A stretch of 64,000 nt of DNA from Bacteroidales bacterium (GTDB taxonomy: Bacteria; Bacteroidota; Bacteroidia; Bacteroidales; UBA932), in contig JAZLJK010000044.1 of the NCBI GenBank assembly GCA_045617865.1, positions 651 through 64,650 of the forward strand, read 5' to 3'. Position 1 is the first letter of the stretch. Each line of letters starts with the position of its first letter. Below, piece by piece: positions 57,724 to 64,000 of the stretch. The translations under genes were made by a program, and so were the position numbers. The notes under the pieces are model-generated. The model saw nothing but the letters and a program-made list of their open reading frames with translations, did not search any database and was not told where the DNA came from.

Positions 57724-58827
57724 TTAAAGGGATTTTATGAAACTTTCAAATATGTATGCAGTGTCAACCTCGTAGCCGTATGCTTCAGGATAGAACTGTA
57801 TTGACTGGAACGGAAGGTTCTTGTGAGCTATTCCTTCAATCGTGCCGTCGTTAAGATTCTCATATGTGACCTTCCAGTCTTCGGGAAGCGACCCGGCGGC
57901 GATGGCGAAGCTGTGGTTCTGTGATGTGGTGTAACATCTTGTGGTACCGCTCATTCTGACGGGCTGGTTTGTGTGGTGTCCCGACTTGAGCTTGACCACC
58001 TTAGCTCCTGCCGCCATTGCCATAAGAAGGTTACCCATACAGACACCGAGAATAGGCTTGCCTTTTGCCATGGCCTCTTTGATGTGTGCCACGGTATCCT
58101 TGAGGAAAGTGGGATTGCCGGGACCGTTTGAAATCACAAGTCCGTCATAGTCGGCGGTTGCGGGGTCATTGTTGAAATCATAGTTCCAGGGAACTCTTAC
58201 TATCTCAACTCCGTTTCCGACAAGTATTCTGAGAATGTTATGTTTTACTCCGCAGTCAACAAGCACAACCTTCTTGCAGCCCTCCGGCCCGGCATATCTA
58301 ATCACTTCACTGCAGGAAACTCTCTCGACAAGATTTTCAGAATAGGGATCGGTCATAGGGACGGGGTCGAAACCGTCAGGGATTATCTGGCAGAGCATCG
58401 ATCCGCTTTCACGCACTACTTTTGTGATGGCGCGGGTGTCAACTCCGTAGATGCCGGGGATCTTGTGTTCGATGAGCCAGTCGTTGAGACTGCATACAGC
58501 ATTCCAGTGACTGTAGTCAAATGACATGTCTGTCACTATCAGTCCTCTGATATGGCAGTTTTCACTTTCGTAGCTCTGGCAGATATTGTCGATGACAACT
58601 TCGGCAGGAGCGCCATAATTACCTATCTGAGGATAGGTCACACAGAGAATCTGCCCCTCGAAAGAAGGGTCGGTAAGGTTTTCCGGGAACCCGGCAGTTG
58701 CTGTAGTGAAGGTGAGGACACCGCAGGCTGGGGTTGTGTATCCAAAAGAATAGCCTTGAAAATCAAGGCTATTGTATAGTTGGAGAACAGATTTTGCGGT
58801 TGATGAGAGTTGCATTTTTTTGTGCAT
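57724..58827 (-). CDS. carA: carbamoyl-phosphate synthase small (glutaminase) subunit
   Basis: LTDPSFEGQILCVTYPQIGNYG. The GATase triad region reads GKPILGVCMGNLL. Start is 58827 or 58815. Confidence 0.9.
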   Translation of the reverse strand: MHKKMQLSSTAKSVLQLYNSLDFQGYSFGYTTPACGVLTFTTATAGFPENLTDPSFEGQILCVTYPQIGNYGAPAEVVIDNICQSYESENCHIRGLIVTDMSFDYSHWNAVCSLNDWLIEHKIPGIYGVDTRAITKVVRESGSMLCQIIPDGFDPVPMTDPYSENLVERVSCSEVIRYAGPEGCKKVVLVDCGVKHNILRILVGNGVEIVRVPWNYDFNNDPATADYDGLVISNGPGNPTFLKDTVAHIKEAMAKGKPILGVCMGNLLMAMAAGAKVVKLKSGHHTNQPVRMSGTTRCYTTSQNHSFAIAAGSLPEDWKVTYENLNDGTIEGIAHKNLPFQSIQFYPEAYGYEVDTAYIFESFIKSL

Positions 58828-58992
58828 TTAAAATTTCACAAAAGTAGTATTTTTTACGTTATGTTGCAACATTGAGGGCATTTTTTCTTTTATCAATCTA
58901 CACTTATTAATAATAGGCCTGACAAACGTCCGTTCGGGTTTCAAATTGTAATCCACAAAAAAGTGCACTACATACATTTTTGACGCACTTTT

Positions 58993-59023
58993 TTTGTTTT
59001 TTATATCAAAAAATATAATTTTG
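58993..59023 (+). promoter_or_regulatory. Bacteroides-type promoter of gdhA
   Basis: TTTG (58993-58996), a 19-nt spacer, then TAATTTTG (59016-59023). The ATG is at 59066. Confidence 0.55.
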
Positions 59024-59065
59024 CGCTTGAAAATTTATAACCAAACATTAGACATTGAAAGCAAT

Positions 59066-60415
59066 ATGAACGCACAAGAATATGTAAGCCAGTTCATGGC
59101 CGACGTGATTGCAAAGAACCCCAACGAACCGGAATTCCATCAGGCAGTGAGAGAAGTGGTGGAAAGTGTGGCCCCGCTTATTGTGGAAAACCCCCAGCTG
59201 CTCAAGCTCAAGGTAATGGAGCGGATAGTCGAGCCTGAAAGAGTTGTCATGTTCCGCGTCCCCTGGGTGTCAGATTCAGGCGAGGTGATGATAAATAAAG
59301 GATACCGCATCCAGATGAACAGCGCCATCGGCCCATATAAGGGCGGCGTCCGCTTCCATCCCAGCGTGAACCTCAGCATCCTCAAGTTCCTTGCTTTCGA
59401 GCAGACATTCAAGAACAGCCTCACCACTCTGCCCATGGGTGGCGGCAAAGGCGGTTCTGACTTCAACCCCAAAGGAAAATCAGAGATGGAGATCATGCGG
59501 TTCTGCCAGAGCTTCATCACAGAGCTTTACCGTCATATCGGTCCCGACACCGACGTACCTGCAGGTGACATCGGAGTGGGCGGCCGCGAGGTTGCATATA
59601 TGTTCGGCCAGTATAAACGTCTGGCAAATGAGTTCACCGGCACTTTCACAGGCAAAGGACGCAGCTTCGGCGGGTCGATAATGCGTCCGGAAGCGACAGG
59701 ATACGGTGCCTGCTATTTCGGGCAGGCGATGCTTGCCACACGCGGCGAATCTTACAAGGGAAAGACAGTCGCAATCTCCGGAGCGGGCAATGTGGCTCAG
59801 TTCGCAGCACAGAAAGCCACCGCTCTCGGGGCGAAGGTGCTGACCCTCTCCGATTCCAACGGATTCATCTATGACCCCAAGGGCATCGATGAAGAGAAGC
59901 TCAAATACGTATTCATGCTCAAGAACGTCCAGAGAGGCCGTATCCGTGAATATGTCACAAAATATCCCGAGGCACAGTATTTCGACGGCCAGCGTCCATG
60001 GATTGTCAAATGTGACATTGCCATGCCGTGCGCCACTCAGAACGAGCTGAACGAAGAGGAAGCGAAGACTCTGGTTGCAAACGGCTGCACATGTGTCGTC
60101 GAGGGAGCCAACATGCCCACCACTCCTGCCGCCATCGCAGTGTTCCAGAACGCTAAGATTCTCTACTCGCCCGGCAAGGCCTCAAATGCCGGCGGCGTTG
60201 CCACATCGGGTCTCGAGATGACCCAGAACTCCATCCGTCTCGGCTGGAGCAAGGAAGAGGTTGACCAGAAGCTTCAGAGCATCATGGCAAACATCCACGA
60301 ACGCTGCGTCGAGTTCGGCACAGAAGATGACGGCTATATAAACTACGTGAAGGGCGCAAACATCGCCGGCTTCATGAAGGTGGCCGACGCCATGGTGGCT
60401 CAGGGCATCGTTTAG
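59066..60415 (+). CDS. gdhA: NAD(P)-specific glutamate dehydrogenase
   Basis: MNAQEYVSQFMADVIAKNPNEPEFHQAV. The active-site region reads LPMGGGKGGSDFNPKGKS. The Rossmann motif reads ISGAGNVAQ. Confidence 0.95.
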   Translation: MNAQEYVSQFMADVIAKNPNEPEFHQAVREVVESVAPLIVENPQLLKLKVMERIVEPERVVMFRVPWVSDSGEVMINKGYRIQMNSAIGPYKGGVRFHPSVNLSILKFLAFEQTFKNSLTTLPMGGGKGGSDFNPKGKSEMEIMRFCQSFITELYRHIGPDTDVPAGDIGVGGREVAYMFGQYKRLANEFTGTFTGKGRSFGGSIMRPEATGYGACYFGQAMLATRGESYKGKTVAISGAGNVAQFAAQKATALGAKVLTLSDSNGFIYDPKGIDEEKLKYVFMLKNVQRGRIREYVTKYPEAQYFDGQRPWIVKCDIAMPCATQNELNEEEAKTLVANGCTCVVEGANMPTTPAAIAVFQNAKILYSPGKASNAGGVATSGLEMTQNSIRLGWSKEEVDQKLQSIMANIHERCVEFGTEDDGYINYVKGANIAGFMKVADAMVAQGIV

Positions 60416-60456
60416 TCCGCACAACATCGTAACCATAAGCTGACTATGTATAACGC

Positions 60457-60490
60457 AGAAGGGCGGTTCCGGGAACGGCGCTGCCCTTCT
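60457..60490 (+). terminator. hairpin after gdhA (copy 1 of a repeated hairpin element)
   Basis: AGAAGGGC (60457-60464) pairs with GCCCTTCT (60483-60490). It shares the 21-mer TAACGCAGAAGGGCGGTTCCG with the element at 60694. Confidence 0.5.
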
Positions 60491-60693
60491 ACTGTATTAT
60501 ACTGCACGGGACCGTTCACGTTTTCCACAGTTTTCGTGAACACTCCCAGGCATGTATATCGATATTGGGCCGCGCCTATGACGCGCTGGCCGCTGTGCTC
60601 CGGCAGCACTCTGCCAGACACCATTTTGCAGCGCGATGGACGCGCCGTAAGATCATCAGGCACAGCCCCAGCTCACAAGGGTGCACTGCATTT

Positions 60694-60730
60694 AACGCAG
60701 AAGGGCGGTTCCGTTGGGACCACCCTTCTG
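60694..60730. repeat. copy 2 of the repeated hairpin element
   Basis: TAACGCAGAAGGGCGGTTCCG is repeated here. The stem 60698-60712 / 60716-60730 has one mismatch and one G-U pair, with a 3-nt loop. Confidence 0.6.
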
Positions 60731-60771
60731 TTGATATTTTGTGTAAAGTGTTGTCTTGTCTGTTTCTTATC

Positions 60772-60948
60772 TTATTTGATTAATTTTCTGAAAATGAAAT
60801 AATAGAGAAGAAGACCCACCCAGCTGAGTGAGAGAATGATGATAGAGATGATAATCTTCCAGATGACTCCGATAGATTTGTGAGCGAAGAGATCGTAAAC
60901 GCACCAGATGGCGAGAACGATACCAATGATGTAAATAATCTTTGCCAT
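60772..60948 (-). CDS. 58-aa two-TM protein, PLDc_N-like (not in the supplied ORF track)
   Basis: Hand translation gives MAKIIYIIGIVLAIWCVYDLFAHKSIGVIWKIIISIIILSLSWVGLLLYYFIFRKLIK, with ATG at 60948 and TAA at 60772-60774. The pattern resembles small PLD-N-terminal-domain membrane proteins. Confidence 0.6.
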   Translation of the reverse strand: MAKIIYIIGIVLAIWCVYDLFAHKSIGVIWKIIISIIILSLSWVGLLLYYFIFRKLIK

Positions 60949-60989
60949 TGAGTTTGTAGATAAAATTAAATGTATTGTGTTATGTGTGA

Positions 60990-61982
60990 TTATTCAGCTT
61001 TTTCATGATTGTGCTGGCAGTCTTCGCAGTCGCAGTCACCGTCACAGCAGCCAATCTCCACCTGGACATCCTCGCCTGACTCCATAACCATCTCGAGAAC
61101 CTTATAGCTGAGCTCGATGCACTCCAGAGGAGAGAGTCCCATGCTGGGTTCGTCCTGCTCTACGATGATCCAGTCGATGTCGGTATCTTTCACAGCAGTC
61201 AGGATTGAAGAAACGCTCTGCAGGCCCATGCCCACGGGACGGAACTCGAATGCTGTCTCGGGAGACTCCTCCACTTCACCTTCTTCCTGACCGATGAGTG
61301 CGTAGGGATCGCCTTCAACCTTGGCTGTAGCATAGTAGTCTTTCATGTGCACTACATTCTCGCGGTCGGCATATTTTGTAACATACTCGCAAGGATCCTG
61401 GCCGGCATACTTCACCCAGCAGAGGTCAAGCTCTGCGCCGAGGAGATCGGCGGGAATTGTGTTGTACATGTAGTCAAGGCCGAATGTGCCGTCGGGCATC
61501 TCCACGAATTCGAAATCATGGTTGTGGTAGAGCATCTTCAGTCCCGCTGCCTTTGCTTTCTCTGCGAAAGCCTTGATGTCTGAGAGTGTGCTCTCGAAAT
61601 TCTCGGTGCCGGGGCGGTCTGCTGTCTCGAGATAAGGAACAACGATGTATTCACAGCCGATAGTCTTGTAGTCAGAGATGACCTTGTCGATGTCAGCTCT
61701 CATTTCGTTGAGAGCGACGTGTGCCGAGATGGGCTTGAGGCCGATTTCATCGCACCACGCCTTCACCTGTGCGGGATCGTTGCCGAAAAGGCCGGCGAAC
61801 TCCACACCCTCGTAGCCGATTTCCTTAACTTTTTCAAGTGTACCCTTGAAGTCGGCCGCCATTTCATTGCGGACTGAATAAAGGATCACGGCGAGTTTCG
61901 GCCCCTGTGTCTCAGGAGCCTTGCATGAGACTGCGGCGATTGCCACAGCCAGCATCAGAAGTGTTTTTCTTAAAGTTTTCAT
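60990..61982 (-). CDS. exported sugar phosphate isomerase/epimerase (xylose-isomerase-like TIM barrel) with Cys/Asp-rich C-terminal tail
   Basis: Lipobox AIAAVSC. GYEGVEFAG, LKMLYHNHDFEF, LDLCW and WIIVEQD. The tail reads VQVEIGCCDGDCDCEDCQHNHEKAE. Confidence 0.8.
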   Translation of the reverse strand: MKTLRKTLLMLAVAIAAVSCKAPETQGPKLAVILYSVRNEMAADFKGTLEKVKEIGYEGVEFAGLFGNDPAQVKAWCDEIGLKPISAHVALNEMRADIDKVISDYKTIGCEYIVVPYLETADRPGTENFESTLSDIKAFAEKAKAAGLKMLYHNHDFEFVEMPDGTFGLDYMYNTIPADLLGAELDLCWVKYAGQDPCEYVTKYADRENVVHMKDYYATAKVEGDPYALIGQEEGEVEESPETAFEFRPVGMGLQSVSSILTAVKDTDIDWIIVEQDEPSMGLSPLECIELSYKVLEMVMESGEDVQVEIGCCDGDCDCEDCQHNHEKAE

Positions 61983-62076
61983 AGGTTATTTTTAATGATA
62001 ATTTCGTCTCCAAAATAATTTGTTAAAAATAGCAATTATTTTTGAACCGCACAATAGTTTAAAGGTATATTTTTCT

Positions 62077-62084
62077 TAAATTTG
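62077..62084 (+). promoter_or_regulatory. candidate -7 box (TAAATTTG) of lysC
   Basis: Matches TAnnTTTG, 25 nt upstream of the ATG at 62109. No well-spaced -33 TTTG was seen. Confidence 0.35.
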
Positions 62085-62108
62085 AGGCTGAAAACAACTT
62101 GCACGCAA

Positions 62109-63482
62109 ATGATAGTAATGAAATTCGGCGGAACGTCGGTCTCCGATGCCACCGCAATAAAAAGGTCAATATCGATTGTATCGAAAAAGCTGAAGGACAA
62201 ACCTGTAATTGTGGTTTCCGCCTGTGCCAAAGTCACAGATTCACTCTACAAGCTCATCAACTGCATAGAAACCGGGCAGAAAGAAGAGTGCCAGGTGTTG
62301 GTGGACGGTCTCAGAGCCCGTCACAAAGGCATCATAGAGGATTGCATCAAGGCAGGCGGATACAAATCAGAGCCGTGCACCGGTGACATCTCCGCCACAA
62401 TCGACAAGATATGCAACTCGCTGTGGACACTTTCAAAAGCCCACCTCAACGCGCAGATTCCCGACAGCGACAAGGCATACATCACATCGATGGGTGAATA
62501 TCTTTCATCCAACATCATATGCTTCATGCTGAACACCTTCGGCATAAACACCGCCTGGGTTGACGCACGGCATTTCATGATCACATCAAAAGACTATATG
62601 AGCGCCTCCCCTCTTGTAGACGAAGTTGCAAAGAGGGCTGACAAAGTGATATCCAAAGCATACAAGGGATATGACGCCGTTATCACACAGGGTTTTGTGG
62701 GCGTGACCATAGAAGGCGACCCCACAGTGCTCGGACGCGGCGGCAGCGACTACTCCGCATCACTTCTGGGCATGGTGCTTGACGCAGACCGCATCGAGAT
62801 ATGGACGGATGTGGACGGAATCCGCACCGCAGACCCGCGCATGGTCGAGAACACACGCGGCATACGGAAGATCTCATACGAAGAGGCGGCCGAACTGGCA
62901 AGGTTCGGTGCAAAAGTGCTCCACCCTCTCTGCATAGAGCCAGCAGCAACCAAAAACATCCCGCTGTATGTGCTCAACTCAATGAATCCAGGCGGAGACG
63001 GCACGGTGGTGCTCAACCGTTCATGCATATTCGACGGCATAAAGTCTGTCTCATACAACGAAAACATCAGGGTGGTGAACATATACTCCCCCAAGATGAT
63101 CAACGCAACAGGTTTCATGGCCAAGATATTCGACGTGTTCGGCCGTCACGGTGTGTCTGTTGACATGATCAGCACTTCTGAGGCCAGCGTATCTGTGACA
63201 GTGGATGCGAAACAACCCCTGGAAGAGGTTGTGGCAGACCTCGCCCAGTACGGCAAGGTCACCGTCGACCGCGACAAGTCACAGGTTTCAATCATCGGCA
63301 AGAACATCATAGGCATAAAAGGTGCTTTCGCCACCATATTCGAAGCCCTGAGCGACTGCAAGATCTACATGATGTCACAGGGCTCGTCATTCCTGAACCT
63401 GTCGCTTGTGATAGACCGCCCGGAAATGGCGGGCATTGTACGCACACTTCATAAAGTATTCTTTGAAAATGGAGCAGAATAA
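62109..63482 (+). CDS. lysC: aspartate kinase
   Basis: MIVMKFGGTSV. TLGRGGSDYSA. C-terminal ACT-domain repeats. The listed start at 62082 lies on the putative -7 box. Confidence 0.9.
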   Translation: MIVMKFGGTSVSDATAIKRSISIVSKKLKDKPVIVVSACAKVTDSLYKLINCIETGQKEECQVLVDGLRARHKGIIEDCIKAGGYKSEPCTGDISATIDKICNSLWTLSKAHLNAQIPDSDKAYITSMGEYLSSNIICFMLNTFGINTAWVDARHFMITSKDYMSASPLVDEVAKRADKVISKAYKGYDAVITQGFVGVTIEGDPTVLGRGGSDYSASLLGMVLDADRIEIWTDVDGIRTADPRMVENTRGIRKISYEEAAELARFGAKVLHPLCIEPAATKNIPLYVLNSMNPGGDGTVVLNRSCIFDGIKSVSYNENIRVVNIYSPKMINATGFMAKIFDVFGRHGVSVDMISTSEASVSVTVDAKQPLEEVVADLAQYGKVTVDRDKSQVSIIGKNIIGIKGAFATIFEALSDCKIYMMSQGSSFLNLSLVIDRPEMAGIVRTLHKVFFENGAE

Positions 63483-64000
63483 TTTGAAAGTAATCATAAG
63501 CGGCTACGGCCGTATGGGACACATGGTTGAGGCCTGCCTGAAAACAAGGGGCATAGAGTGCGCAGCCTGCAGCGAAGACATCACCGCCACTCCGAAAGAA
63601 ACGGCGAAGGAATGTGTGTGCATCGACTTCACTGTGCCGGATGCTTTCCGTGCGAACTACAAGTTCCTTGCAGAGAATTTCAAGGCCGTTGTGGTCGGCA
63701 CCACCGGATGGGACGATATCAGACAGGATGTGATTTCATATTTCGAGAAGTGCGGCACCACAATGATTTATTCGTCGAACTACTCCATCGGAGTGAACAT
63801 CCTCTTCGCCACGGCAGAATTCATCTCAAGGATGGCCTCCCGTTTCGGAGGATACACCACCTCCATCGAAGAGACACACCACATACACAAGCTGGACGCC
63901 CCGAGCGGCACTGCAAAGACCTTGGCATCTGTGGTTGACGCAGCCGCAGGAACAAGCACACCAATAGAGTCGTTCAGAATCGGCGAAGTGGCTGGAATAC
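63469..64000 (+). CDS. dapB: 4-hydroxy-tetrahydrodipicolinate reductase, 3' end cut by window edge (not in the supplied ORF track)
   Basis: Hand translation in frame 1 gives (MEQNN)LKVIISGYGRMGHMV...VVVGTTGW...SSNYSIGVN...EETHHIHKLDAPSGTA, the DapB signature. The frame is open to base 64000. The ATG at 63469 overlaps the lysC stop by 14 nt (alternative TTG at 63484). Confidence 0.85.
   Translation, partial: MEQNNLKVIISGYGRMGHMVEACLKTRGIECAACSEDITATPKETAKECVCIDFTVPDAFRANYKFLAENFKAVVVGTTGWDDIRQDVISYFEKCGTTMIYSSNYSIGVNILFATAEFISRMASRFGGYTTSIEETHHIHKLDAPSGTAKTLASVVDAAAGTSTPIESFRIGEVAGI

Noticed and set aside
58955-58995. A/T-flanked inverted repeat (AAAAAAGTGC..GCACTTTTTT) in the carA-gdhA divergent spacer.
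   Set aside because: It has a weak stem (mostly A-T) with an 18-nt loop and lies in a promoter region, so it is not convincing as a terminator or regulatory hairpin. It overlaps the proposed gdhA -33 region.
61983-62108. Looked for a lysine riboswitch (L-box) upstream of lysC.
   Set aside because: The leader is only ~126 bp, AT-rich, and lacks the conserved GC-rich helices of an L-box. There is no support.

Overview
This 64-kb chromosomal segment reads like a Bacteroidales genome. The signs are Cys-lipobox lipoprotein signals, -33 TTTG / -7 TAnnTTTG promoter boxes and type V pilus genes; the taxon is inference only. I can support about 58 protein genes, one tRNA-Glu(CTC), several hairpin terminators and promoter boxes, and one candidate structured RNA.

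Bases 1-23,000 are accessory surface and glycan content:
- a GH29-like fucosidase fragment;
- two paralogous two-gene lipoprotein cassettes (a glycosidase-like protein followed by a BACON/FISUMP-like protein);
- an envelope cluster (TM2, LolA-like, two TPR-like membrane proteins, an M15 peptidase);
- a Ser/Ala/Asn/Arg repeat protein;
- ypfJ, yegP and a His-rich COG0523 GTPase;
- a type V (Mfa/FimA-like) pilus locus.

Bases 23,000-64,000 are mostly housekeeping: ansA, gltX, galM, rlmB, an ABC-F ATPase, tatCA, valS, maf, rny, zapA, carAB, gdhA, lysC and dapB. This stretch is interrupted by three things: an outer-membrane beta-barrel gene, an orphan receiver/PEP-binding protein, and a three-gene fimbrillin-like/vWA-adhesin/small-ORF operon that sits behind a 31-nt homopolymer in its promoter.

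I saw no CRISPR array, rRNA, transposase or integrase, and no recognisable defence or toxin genes. I cannot claim a clearly novel system. The best second-look candidates are the vWA adhesin operon with its T31 tract, the duplicated lipoprotein cassettes, and a roughly 205-nt structured RNA between zapA and rny. All family names come from motif recognition by eye, not from searches.
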